From Malacoraja senta (lineage: Eukaryota): 64,000 bases of DNA. This document shows positions 25,807 through 38,302 of the stretch, one piece after another. The notes under the pieces were generated by a model. It saw only the letters and a list, made by a program, of their open reading frames with translations, was not told the origin of the DNA and searched no databases. The position numbers and the translations under genes are program-made. The first letter of the stretch is position 1. Each line of letters starts with the position of its first letter. The stretch is taken from positions 11,534,001 to 11,598,000 of the forward strand of contig CM075994.1 of the NCBI GenBank assembly GCA_038087875.1, read 5' to 3'.

Positions 25807-27305
25807 GAACAAGCACAATCAGAATGAAGAATTCCCTGACCAGAAGAGTTAACGAACCATGTTCTCCAAAGGTACTGTACGACGCCGTAAATTACACCAG
25901 CAACTTGTGTCTACAATAGCTGCTGTTTCTTGTGTCTTCATATGTGTGAACGTATTGGATTAGTTGTTAGCCCGTGTTAAACGAATCCAGATATAGCACC
26001 ACCTTCCCTGACGATTTTCAACGTACACGACAATTGATCTTCCGCTTTTTCATCCCTCGTCTCTCTCGGGTAAGAGGATTGTTGCACCCCGATTTCCACA
26101 GTAATCTTGAACGTACTTCACAGCTTTCTATATATTCCTCCAATTAATTACGCTCTGTCACATTTGATCTGATGACGATCAGTTGCATAATATTTTTCAC
26201 CGTATGACGTCTCCCACCGCCTCCACACCAACCATCGATCACCCTGGCAAACTTGGTCTATGTTGTCCACTTTTTCCATTCAGGTGCCACAAACAAGAGG
26301 CAACTTACAGATGCCAATTAACCTACCAACTTGAAAGTCTTTGTGATGTGGGAAGAAGTCGGAGCATCCGGTGGATATCATCCGAGGTGAATGTCAAACT
26401 TGGGTCAAGAGCTCGGTGAGGCCGCAACTCTCTTCCGCCCATTACTCAGCTCACCCACTCTGCGCAAACTACTGCATGTCGCATAGTCATATTGGAACGA
26501 CCCAGGCTATGTAAATATCCATCTCCCTTTTCATTCTCTATACCTTTACAATATCGACAGGTTTTGCCAGGCTTTCCAAAGATGTCAGGAGTTCCCTTTC
26601 AATTTGAACGTACTGCGGGCATATTTAGGTGACATCTCGCCATACACCATTAATTAAATTTCCCGCTCCCTTTTCCATATTCATTTCCACCTGCTTCTAT
26701 CTCCAATCAGATGAGCCGTGACGCGCAAGTCTAAAGCACCCTCAACATCCGATGCCAATACCACGTCCGTCCGTGAGTCTCCCCTGCTCCTCATTTTACC
26801 ATAAGCTCTCTCCGCTTAGTAGATCCGGTCATTCAGTCCGCTATGGAACTGCAAATATGCAGACGTTCCAATGAGATTTCATTGACCTGAAACGCTTTCT
26901 CTGATGCCCTCTCCTCGGATATTGCATGACATGCGAGTATTCTTAGTGGGTTCCCTTTTCACTCAAGAACCAGTGTTCCCACTGAACATTGGACGAACAC
27001 GTCCACTTCCCAAACCCCCGCTCTCCCGCTCGCACGCAAACGGATTAACACATCTTAAGTTGGTGTGAAAAATACTTTGTGTTAAAATAAGCAAACATTT
27101 TCTGAAATATTATTTCAAGTGAAACAAATCGCGAAATATTGCCTGTGATTTGGATATGGTTTTTTCGCGATAAGAATATGTATGGCAGCGATGTAAACAG
27201 GATACACGCTAATATATTACCCATTACAAATTTATGTCTGCGCATCGTAAATTAAAATTCCAGTTGAATATGCATATGTCCCCTGAGTTTGTCAAGCTGT
27301 GTCTT

Positions 27306-28190
27306 TTACTTCAATAATTTATAAAGTAAAACAAGAGGCCGTTTAATCATTTTCTTCATTTCATCTCTGCAGTTTCGTTGGGACGCAGCATAAATTAATG
27401 TGTTGTACAAATGCTTAAAACTCTTAACTGGAATCCAGTTTCTTCTGCAACGGCGAATGGGTCTCTGTAATCAGATTTCATCAGATTATCGGTGAAATGT
27501 AGAGCAACAAAGCAAGCAAAATGTACCGTCCACAATAGAAGGAACTACCAGATATCGCGAGTAGTAAAATGATCGATTTCCGTCGGTTCTCAATTTCTTG
27601 ATCCATCCGGCACTTCTCTCTTTCGTTTCCCTGTAGTTTGTTTCTGATTCTGTTCGCCCGTATAATATGACATTGTTATGGCGTTGAACAGGAAGATCAA
27701 CACAAATGGTAGAAATGATCCCTAACCATAACCACGCAGCCCAGATAGGTAAAGTATAGAAGCTTGATTTTATAATGCAGTACCAGGGCACATTGTCAAT
27801 TACTTCACGTGGCTCAAATAAGAAGAAAACCGGCATATTTTCAACAATGCATAATAAACAAACGATCGTTATAACCGTTGTTGAATTTTTCAGTGCAGTA
27901 CTTAGTTTTTAACGACTGACAACAAATAGCAACAAATCGATCAAAGGTAAAGGCCACAGTCAACCAAACGGAACAATCAATAGCAATATAAATGAAGGTA
28001 ATATTGAGACGGCAGATTGGAGTGTGATCTAGGACTGAACGTAGAAATAACGCATCATTAATCTCAAAAAGTATTGGACCAAATATCAGATGCGATAGGT
28101 TAGCTGCCGCCATCCATACTAGATATTGGGTGATGCATAAGGAGAGCCCACACTTTCCGGTCGACAGGATAGAGATTGTCAATATATTAG
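27306..28190 (-). pseudogene. GPR139-like GPCR pseudogene, exon 2 only
   Basis: Acceptor ttagcag|ct aat; ANILTISILSTGKCGL...FTFDRFVAICCQSL; 1-nt deletion at about 27890 plus further indels; no exon 1 found upstream. Confidence 0.88.
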
Positions 28191-28441
28191 CTGCTAAGAA
28201 TAAAGGGAATTGCATTAAAACTTATCTTGTAAATTGTCTTTCTTCCACATGTTGCATTATTTCCATTGTTCATTGATCCAAAGTTTTTCATCAAATCTAT
28301 GGAATGAATAATAATCAGGATACGGTTTCTAACTCATGCCTATTACCCATAATTTATGCACGAAATGGGGCATACACGAAATGGGGCGTTTACAGTAACC
28401 AACGCTATTAGGGACTTTTGGTTATCTTTCAAATTTCCTCT

Positions 28442-29396
28442 ATCTCCCCCTGAAGCCTCAAAACCAATCAAATCTGTTTAAACTTACCCACTGCCTCGAG
28501 GATATAAAGTGTTGGATGGCCCAGAACTTCCTCCAACTAAACGAGAGTAAGTCTGAGGTCATCCTTCTCGGCCCCTCGGACTCAATCAAAATGATAGCAG
28601 GCAGCCTTGGAAGCCTTACCCCACTACTCAAACCTCACGTCAAAAACCTTGGCGTGATATTTGACTCAGCACTGAAATTTGACAAACAAGTCAATGCCGT
28701 GGTTAAAGCTAGCTTCTTTCAGCTTCGGACGATAGCTAAAATAAAACAATTCCTCCAGTTTGATGACCTCGAAAAGATCACCCACACATTCATCTCCTCC
28801 CGCCTAGATTACTGCAACTCCCTTTACACTGGCATCAGCCAATCTTCCCTGTCCCGCCTGCAACTGGTCCAAAACGCCGCAGCGAGACTCCTGACGGGCA
28901 CCCGAAAAAGGGACCACATCACCCCAATCCTGGCCTCTCTCCTCTGGCTCCCTGTGCGATTCCGTATAAACTTCAAGATCCTATTCCATGTCTACAAAGC
29001 CCTCAATGGGCTTGCCCCCACCTACATAAAAAGTCTTCTCACCCACCACTCCACTTCCAGGCCCCTCAGATCGGCCGACTTGGGGTTGCTGAATATCCCA
29101 CGGTCTAAGCATAAGCTCAGGGGCGACCGCGCCTTTGCGGTTGCAGCCCCTAGACAGTGGAACAGCATCCCTTTCCCATCAGAACTGCCCCCTCCGTCGA
29201 CTCTTTTAAGTCAAGACTAAAGACTTATCTATACTCCCAAGCCTTTCCTGACGTCCTCTGAGTGAGGGCTACGTGTATATATGTATGTAGTTTGTTTTGT
29301 TTGTGCTATTCTTATAACAAATGTAAAGCACTTTGGCCAACGAGAGTTGTTTTTAAATGTGCTATATAACTAAATGTGACTTGACTTGACTTGAAT
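28442..29396 (+). mobile_element. L2-clade LINE 3' fragment
   Basis: ORF MAQNFLQLNESKSEV...ISSRLDYCNSL...LQLVQNAAARLL; L2-type tail tgtaaagcactttg...gtgctatata then (ttgac)n. Absent from the paralogous locus at about 54379. Confidence 0.92.
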
Positions 29397-31160
29397 TGGA
29401 ACAACAATAACTGTGCTGGCGTGATTCAACTGTGAGAATGATTAGATTGATAAGGACAGTGGTCGGTACTTATTTGGAATTTTTTATCACAGGTCACGTT
29501 GTGATATAGCTGAAGATTAATTTCAGATGTTAAAGCTGCGGGTTTCAGAAAATATTATACTATCGTTTATATTAATTACAGTTTATTTTTATGCTCAAAC
29601 TATCCTCGGTATATCTGGAACATGCTACAGAGGAGGCGGTGGAGTGAGATATAATCACTATATTTGAGGCACAAATAGGTGAGGTGCAGAAAAATACCGA
29701 TGTAATGTGAACAAATCTATTACTGTAGCTGGGGAAAAGGTGGTCATGGACGTTATGTGCCGAAGGGCCTGATTCTGTAATGTACAACCATGGCTCTCAG
29801 CTCCAAGAGCACTGAATGACCGAGTAATCTCGGTCACCGGCGCAGGGAATTCCAAAGGTTCCCCAGTCTCTGCGTGCAGTAATGTCTCCTTATATCTGTC
29901 CTACATGGTGCAGCCCACATTCTGAGAGGGTGCCCGTTCTCCAGACCACTCAGACAGGGGAAACATTCTCCCTGCATCCTGCCCACTAAGCCCTCTAAGA
30001 ATTTTGTGTTTCACTGAGATCTCCTCCTATACACCCAACTCTCGAGTACACAGGCCTAGTCTACTCAATCTCACCCGCTCAGCAAACTCATTGTCATAGA
30101 AACAAGTATTGTTAATCTTTGCTGCATTTCCTCTGTGTCAAGTCTGTCAATTTATTGGTACACAGGAGCATATGAACACAAGAAAACAGGAGCAGGATTA
30201 GGATCGGCTCCTCAGGCTTGCCCCTCTATTCAATGTGATCATGGCTGATCTAAGCTGGCACCAATTCCTCTTCTGTGTGAGTTCCCCATAATCTTAATTT
30301 TTCCATCTATCAAATATTTATTTTAGCCACGTTGCAGATACCCAATAAATCAGCTTTTCACCACCATCGTGGGAACCATATTCCAGATATTCACTGCCCT
30401 CTGAGAGATGTAACATCTACACACCGCAAGAGAGGCCGCTCTGGAAGGTTGGATCTCATGGAATCCGGGTGAACTAGCCGATGGAATACAACATTTACCA
30501 GAAGGTCGCAGGCAGAGGATGTTGGTAGAGGGTCGTTTTTTCAGACTGGAGACAGAGTCCACTGCTGTTCCTTATTTATTAACACTACTGGGTGTGTATG
30601 TAGGTTGCACGGTTAGTCAGTTTGTAGATGGAGCTAAAATTGGTGACATTGTAGAGAGTGAAGTAGGTTATCTGAGAGTAAATGGGATCCCTGTGAACTG
30701 GGCCACTGGGCTCAGGAACGGCAGGTGGGATTTATTCATGTGAAGGTGAGGTGATGCACTTTGCTGAGACAAACCACGGCAGGACATACACAGTAAACAG
30801 GGAACTTTATTGAACTGAGAGATCTCGGGCTGCAGGTACACAGGGCCATGGAAGATGCAAAAGTGACAGACAGGGTGGTGAAGAATGTGTGTGTCACTCA
30901 TGCTTTCACAGGTCACGAAATTAAATACAGTGTTTGACACAAAAATGTTGTTGGCAAACTGGAGAGGTTGGAAGAAGATTTACAAGGATTCTATCGGGTC
31001 TGGAAGATCAGGTGAGCTTGCGCAGGTGGGAACATTTGTCTTTGGAGCCGATCAGGCTGCATTTATAGACATGTATCAGATTTATACAAGGTGCACAGAT
31101 AAGGTGAATAGCCGCAGTATTTTTCACATCGAACTACAAGAGAAAGGGATTAAGATTTAC

Positions 31161-33689
31161 CTTGCTTTATGACATCAATTGTTTCTCTTAATACGGTGTT
31201 GAGCATAAAAGGGTTATCAAATCTTTCGATTGGCAAGGCACCATCTACAACTGACAGTGATTTGGCGTCATCATCAACCCTGCAAATATTTAAGGACTGG
31301 TTATAAATCGAGCAACAGCATGTTTTTGAGCTGTTCTACAAAAACTTTCAGGACGGAGCATGTCCTACTTCATCTTGCAACCAGATTCCTCCTGCAAGAA
31401 ATAAAACACAAATCGCAATTAAATGAGATGGACTTTCCTCGTCACGACTTTGGGAATTTCACATAGTTTGCTACAAGCCTTTGATAATTCCTCTTTCCCA
31501 ACTGAGATTACAGCAACTCTTTCCCAAGGAGCTTGCAGGCAGTGCTGAGCTCCCATAGTTTATGAGGGAAGCCATTTAGTTTGGAACAACAGCAGCACAT
31601 TGCAGGGACAGAGGGAAGATTGACCCAGTTCTGAATCACTGGTAAATGTGGCATTTATTTCACAAATGTCACCCACCATTGTGTGAATGTGCACTTTCAC
31701 CTATAACCATATAACCATATAACCATTACAGCATGGAAACAAGCCATCTCGGCCCTTCAAGTCCGTGCCGAACATTAAAAAAAAAAATAATAATAATAAA
31801 TAAATAAATACTTCCCCCTAGTCCCATCTACCTGCACTCAGACCATAACCCTCCATTCCTTTCCCGTCCATATACCCATCCAATCAAATCATGTCCCCTT
31901 GTTTGAATCTTCCCTACTCTCAATGGAAAAAGCTTATCCACGTCAACTCTGTCTAACCCGCTCATAATTTTAAAGACCTCTATCAAGTCCCCTCTTAACC
32001 TTCTGCGCTCCAAAGAATAAAGACCTAACTTGTTCAACCTTTCTCTGTAACTTAGTTGCTGAAACCCAGGCAACATTCTAGTAAATCTCCTCTGTACTCT
32101 CTCTATTTTGTTGATATCCTTCCTATAATTAGGCGACCAAAATTGTACTCCATACTCCAGAATTGGCCTCACCAATGCCTTGTACAATTTTAACAGTACA
32201 TCCCAACTTCTATCTTCAATGCTCTGATTTATAAAGGCCAGCACCAAAACTGCAGTGTAACCCCCTCACCTTCAAAAATGACACGTTGTCTTTTAGATCC
32301 AGCAGTTCCTGTAAGCTTTTGACTTCGTTCTCAATAGAATTAAATTCTCTTGAATCTCGTGAAGATTTGTCTCCATTATATTCAGAATCTTCTTCTCTTC
32401 CTCCCGGATATCTGCCAGTGCGCGCTGCTCTTTCTCAGTGAGAATTTGGTGCAAGTTCAGCAAACTGGGATGTGATCTGTGATTGAAGGTTGTGTGACTG
32501 TTTCTGTGAAATGAAAGGGTGAAGATCAACATGTCACTGTATTGTGTTTCCTCACGCCATGGAAAGTATTATTTGGCCAATCGACATCCGGGCGTAGAGC
32601 GCAGGAAAAGGCCATTCCACCAACCATATCCATACTGGCCATCCTCACCAATCCCATTTACTTTCATTGAATAGATATCTTTGATTATCTCGAGAATTCA
32701 TCAGCTTTTCTAAATGCTTCGGAAATGTCACACAGAGTGAATCACATTATCCCATGAATCCCATTCCCCTCATCCAATCCCCTGCCGCCCATTCCCATCC
32801 ACATCCCCTTTAATTCCCATTGATTTGCCCACTACCTACTTTCACATGGATGATTTACAATCTTCGATTGACTATCCAACCGGCGTGTCTTTTGGATTTG
32901 GAAGGAATCCGACGCGGTCACAGGGAGAATGGCGTGAACCACACGGGCAGCACCCGAAGTCAGGATCGAACCCGGTCATCAGAACTAGGCGACAGAGGCA
33001 CTACTTGTGTCACTACGCTGTCATATTATTACACGCATCACAGGGATCAACTCTACACAAGATCAGGAAATCCAAACTGGATAGCCTCACCACAACTCCA
33101 GAAATCTTGTGTTTCTATTGCTGCTTCATTCGCTGGAATCCTGATTTATATTTCGTGAGGGATTCGATGGAAGCTTTAATCTGATCCTGGGATTGAGTTT
33201 GGGAATCAGATAATTGAATTGTTAGACAAGAAAGATGGAATTAAACAATGATGCGATCAAAATTGGTTTGCTTTTACCTTGTAGGTTTCAACAGCTTCTT
33301 TAACCGGTATGAAGCTGTGAGACTTGTGTTCCCGCCCAGCTGCACAAATCACACAGATAAGCTTCTTGTCAGTTTCATAAAACAGCTTCAGTTCTTGCTG
33401 ATGTTCCTCGCACTGAAGTTCACTTTCCTTCTCTGTCCGATTCAGGCTCAGTGTTCGAGCTTTCTCAGACAGTCTCGCCAAGGCCCGACTAACCCCGAAG
33501 GTGCGGTCTGTAAACTCCTCTCTACCAATCTGTGCAGGAGTTTCTCTCCTCCATGTCCCAACTCTGTGTGATACAGGAGCGGCAGAAGTTGTGCCCACAC
33601 TCCAGTGTAACCGGATCGGTGAAGAAATCCATGCAGGTGGGACAAACTACCTCCTCGGTTAAACTCTCGAACCTGTCTTTCGAAGCCAT
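31161..33689 (-). pseudogene. TRIM RING-Bbox-coiled-coil gene, disabled; exons 33278-33689, 33091-33186, 32270-32503, 31369-31391, 31161-31279
   Basis: MASKDRFESLTEEVVCPTCMDFFTDPVTLECGHNFCRSC (RING), CEEH...CVIC...H..H (B-box). All five exons end in GT donors and exons 2-5 (96, 234, 23, 119 nt) start at AG acceptors. Frameshift at about 33525, TAG in exon 2, frameshifts in exon 3; no PRY/SPRY exon seen. Confidence 0.92.
31700..32245 (-). mobile_element. CR1-like LINE 3' fragment in a TRIM intron
   Basis: VRPILEYGVQFWSP...RRLRGDLIEVFK; (ccatataa)n tail. Confidence 0.85.
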
Positions 33690-33701
33690 TTTAACTGCGC
33701 C

Positions 33702-33730
33702 ACTTCCTGGTTCAAAACGCATTCACTTTC
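33702..33730 (-). promoter_or_regulatory. IRF-E/ISRE-like (GAAAGTGAA) and ETS-like (CAGGAAGT) motifs upstream of the TRIM ATG
   Basis: Motifs at 33722-33730 and 33702-33709 on -, within 45 nt of the ATG. Confidence 0.4.
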
Positions 33731-34507
33731 TCGAAACTGCTGAACCCCTGCAGTGTCGCGAGTGTCTACATCGCACCCTGCCGTATCGGGGAATGAATGT
33801 TATTTGCGTGAAGGTGTCCTGGCCGCTTCCAACTAATCTCACACGAGGGAGGGTTCAGTTAGATATTAAAAAGCCCTGAACAGCGCTTGCGGCAGTCGAA
33901 GGCAGAACAGATAGCTGGAAAGAGAGCTGGAAAGATTTACGTGGATGTTGCCAGGACTCGAGGTCACGAGCGAATGGGAGAAGTTGGGCAGGGTAGGACT
34001 TTATTACTTGGAGCGCAGGAGGCGGCGGGGTAATCTGATAGAGGTGTATACGATCACGAGGGGAATAGATGGGGTGAATGCACAGAGTCTTTTTTCCCAG
34101 AAAATTTGGGGGAATCAAGAAACCACCTGAATATGTTTATGTTGAGAGGGAAAAGATTTAACAGAAATCCGAGGGGTAACTTTTCACATCGAAGGTGGTG
34201 GCTGTATTAAACAAACTAGGAGAGCAGGTAAACGAGGTCAGATATAACTGCATTGAAACGCCGTTTGGACAGGTTCGTGGATAGGAAAGGATAGAGGGAC
34301 ATGGGCCAAACGCGGGCTGGTGGGATTTGTGCTGATGGGGCATCTTGGTGCCATGGGCAAGTTGGGCCCGAAAGGCCTGTTTCCGTGCAGTTTGACTCTA
34401 TGACTGTGAGGAAGGGACAGGGCCGGCGCTAACGAGGACTCAGATGTAACTGAACCCGCCGCCCGCACCTCCAGAGAGATAGAGAGCGGCGAAGGCGAGA
34501 ATGAGCG

Positions 34508-34509
<2 letters not shown>

Positions 34510-34575
<66 letters not shown>

Positions 34576-34686
34576 AGAGCGCGGAGAGGTATAGAGGGCG
34601 GAGAAGGAGAGAGAGAGCGGAGAAGGAGTGAGAGAGAGAGCGGAGAGAGGGGGGAGAGATAGGAGAGAGAGAGGAGAGAGAGAGAG
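34510..34686. repeat. (GA)n microsatellite
   Basis: Long ga run, followed by a strong donor-like g|gtgagt at 34698 (possible non-coding first exon of the Ig gene). Confidence 0.95.
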
Positions 34687-35520
34687 CGTGTGGATTGGTG
34701 AGTGCTGTATCAGCACCACCCATATCACCATTTGAGCCCGATGACGCACCTGTGCTTGACAGTAACAATGTGGGTTTCCTGTGGGTTTCCTCAAGCATTT
34801 CTTCCAGCACAGGTACGTCATCGGCCTTATATGGTGATAAGGGGGCCCCTGATATAGCACTCACCAATAGGCACAAATTGTGCATCCCGGCAATATGTGG
34901 GTTGTACACTTTAAAAGCGCCAGAGCGGGTTAATCTCATAATTGCAATCGAGAGTGCCCTGGATCTCAGTTCTCCGACGTTACTGATGAGTTACCCTCTC
35001 TCCCCTCCCGGCTCCTATCCACTACCCCCTCCACGCCTCCAGACCGCGGCGTTGAAGGAGACATCGACACTCTGAGCTCAAGAAGGGAGACCGAGGTGCT
35101 GCTGAAGGAGACGAGACTTCAAGCTTTAGGGCCCAAAAATGTAGGTCCACCACTGTATGTATCGCTGGCCGGCACGGACTCGGTGGGCCGAAGGTCCTGT
35201 TTCCGCGCTGTATCTCTGTAGTAAACTGAAGTTCGGTGAGAAGGGAGGAATGCAGCAAGTTTTGAGCCGAGTTTAAAGCATCACAACAGGTCTGTAAACC
35301 TCAGCTGCCGCCGGTACAGAAGCGGGAGAGAGGGCAATTCATGTTCGCTCCTTCTCTGCTCCTCTTTCCGTTCTCTACCTCTACCCAACTCCCTTGGCAC
35401 TGACACCACCCTCTCTCCCCTCTAGCCCAGCCAGCGTGCCGCTTGACTCGGGGGGGTTCAGCACAGCCTGGAGTCGGTCGGCAGACGTGACCGGGGACCG
35501 GGACCGGGACATCGCGATTG

Positions 35521-37883
35521 ATGCGGCGATCTATCTGCAAGGCCGTGGGTCTGCTGTGGCTACTGGCAGGTACACAGCACATCAGCACAGCTGGCAGTTT
35601 ACGCCAAACGTCCGTGTTGGATTTAACCTGTCCAGTTCAGCTTAGTTTATCGTCACGTGAAAAGCTTTTATTGTGTGCTAACCAGTCAGCGGGAAGACAA
35701 CATATGTTTACACTCAAGCCATGTACAGTGTATAGATACATGATAATGGATCTGCAGTTGGGGTCAGCATCTGCAGTTGCTTCCTACACTTAAACAAGAG
35801 GGGCGTGGGTTTAAGGTGAGAGTTGTCAGTTTCAATATGTATGTGAGGGGCAATGTTTTATTGCGGATGGCCCTTGTTGTGTTGCAGGCCTCCACACTGC
35901 GGCGCTGTGCAGAGCAGGAACGGCAGCCACCGCGGGCTCCATCACCACCGTCCCCGTGGGTGGGACGGTGAGATTTCCCCTACTGCACCACAGCCAGGAG
36001 ATGTTCAAGGTGACGCTGGGGCGGATCTCTCCCAATCATCGAATCCTGGCCTGGAAGTCTGACAGCCCGGATGATCCGTACATGGTCCGCCCGTCCTACA
36101 GGAACAGGGTCCGCTTCCGACGGGACGCTTTCATCGAGCTGCTGGCCGTGAGGCCGGGCGACCAGGGGACGTACGAGGTGCAGACAAACTTCTTGGGGAG
36201 GGAGCTGAGGAACCGTGACCGGGAGCGCTTTGGGCTGCGAGTGGTCGATGAGTAGCGTCGTGGGGAGTGGTGCACGACCCAGTCTAACCCTTCGGCCCCA
36301 CATGGTCCATGCTGACCCAGTGGGGCATTCTGGCCGAATCCTATTTGCTGCACGCAGCACTCTAAACCCTTCCTCTCGGTAGGGTTTCATACAAATAAAT
36401 ACAGCAGATCACACAAAATACATTATAACATAAAAATCCATCACAGTGACTCCTCCACATTCCTCACTGTGATGGAAGGCAAACACAATTCAGTCTCTTC
36501 CCTTCTTTGTTCTCCCGCGGTCGGCGGTCTTAAGCCTTCCGTTGACGGGACGAACTTGACTCCCGCAGCCGGCGGCGGGCCCTCCGCGTCGGGCGATCAA
36601 GCTCCTGCATCGGGAGGGACCTCAGCTCCCTGCGCCGGGCGATCGGAACACGGGTCGGGGCTGGTCGAAACCTTCTGCGACTTTGGAGCTCCCGACTCGG
36701 TCTCTATCCGAGACTGCGAGCTCCGCGATGTTGAAATCCGCAGGCCGCGGTTGGAGCGTCGATCCCAGCAAGGGATCGGTTTCCGATGGTGGCGCTCAAA
36801 GTCAATCCCGAGCAAGGCCACCAGCTCCGTGATGTTAGGCCGCAGAGCGACCGGAGAGTACGACCCGGAAAACAATCGCATCTCTGGCAAGGTAAGAGAT
36901 TGGAAAAAAAGACGACGGGAGTCAGACGGGAGCCGGAGGCCCAAGCTTACAACCAGCGCGGAGAAGCAGCGCAAAATCCAGCTCAACTCTGCCTGTCTCG
37001 CCGGGTTAACGTACAGCACTGGACTGACGGCGCGGAGAAGAAGCGCTAACTCCACTGCTCCGGGCTGGTGTCCCGTCAATCCAGGGCTGTCGATTAACCC
37101 GGCGGGACAGGCAGAGTTGAGCTGGATTTAGCGCTTCGTCTCCACGCTGGCTGCAAGTCTGGTCCGCCGCTCCCGTCTGACTACCGACATCTCTGGCAGC
37201 CTCCGGACGGGGGTGGGGCACTCGGTTGGGGCCAGGGATGGTCAAGTGGCAGTTCCGTATAGCTTGCGGCGCCGGAGACCCGGGTTCGATCCTGGCTGCG
37301 GGTGAGGCGCAGGTCTGAGTGCATGCCGCACCACGGTGCAGAGTGTTTTCACGAGTGACCTATGACCTGGGCATGCGCTGTCGAAATACCAAACTCATAC
37401 CATACCATGCACTCCATATGGGGCTCAACCAGAGTTGTATGGAGCTGCATCATGACATCTGCATCTTGTGTTCAATGCCCCCTGTACATTGAAGGCAAGC
37501 ACACCACACGCCTTCTTTACCACCGTATCTGCTGGTGCTGCCATCTTTAGTGGGCTATGGGCTTGAACTCTCTGCAGTTTAGCTGGACTTTGCAAAGTGC
37601 TGCTTTGCAGAGCCGATGTCCACACCGACCGTGGAGGTCAGCCGCAACTCGTCGCATCTCACGCTGAACTGCTCCACCGTCAGCGGCTGCCCCGTCACCT
37701 ACCGGTGGGAGCGGCGATCGAAGGATCCCGGCGTGGGGAACGCCACCTTCCCCGGAGCCGTGCTGTACCTGCCGGACCCGGGGCAGCACACCTGCACCAA
37801 CACCTGCGTCGCAGAAGAATGCTGTAGCCGCCGGGTCAGCGACGCACTCCCTGCAACGCTGCTCTCCTTCGCCCTGCCCGGAG
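35521..37883 (+). CDS. CD2/SLAM-family-like Ig superfamily gene: leader 35521-35569, V-type domain 35888-36247, C2 domain 37611-37883; exon-2 donor mutated, possibly a pseudogene
   Basis: Leader MRRSICKAVGLLWLLA g|gt. Exon 2 has VPVGGTVRFP...ILAWK...YRNRV...DQGTYEV (V domain without the B-F disulfide). Exon 3 has EPMSTPTV...LTLNCS...VTYRW...TCVAE g|gtgagt. All introns phase 1, frames open; exon-2 donor reads g|ATGAGT; no TM exon found. Confidence 0.8.
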
Positions 37884-38095
37884 GTGAGTGGGTCAGTGCT
37901 GGGTCTCTGTACAATGGGAGAGTCATGCAGCGAAGAAACAGGCCATTCCGCCCCACTCCTCCCTGCCTACCAACATGCCCCATCTACACTAGTCCCACTT
38001 GCCCGCGTTTGGCCCATATCCCTCCAAACTTTCCAGAGGGCAGCACAGTGGTGCAGCGGGTTGAGACGCTGCCTCGCGGCGCCAGAGACCCGGGT

Positions 38096-38127
<32 letters not shown>

Positions 38128-38172
38128 CTCTCCCTCTCTCTCTCCCTCGCTCTCTCCCTCTCTCTCTCCCTC

Positions 38173-38219
<47 letters not shown>

Positions 38220-38233
38220 CCTCTCTCCCTCTC

Positions 38234-38300
<67 letters not shown>
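38096..38300. repeat. (CT)n microsatellite
   Basis: Long ct run. Confidence 0.95.
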
Positions 38301-38302
<2 letters not shown>

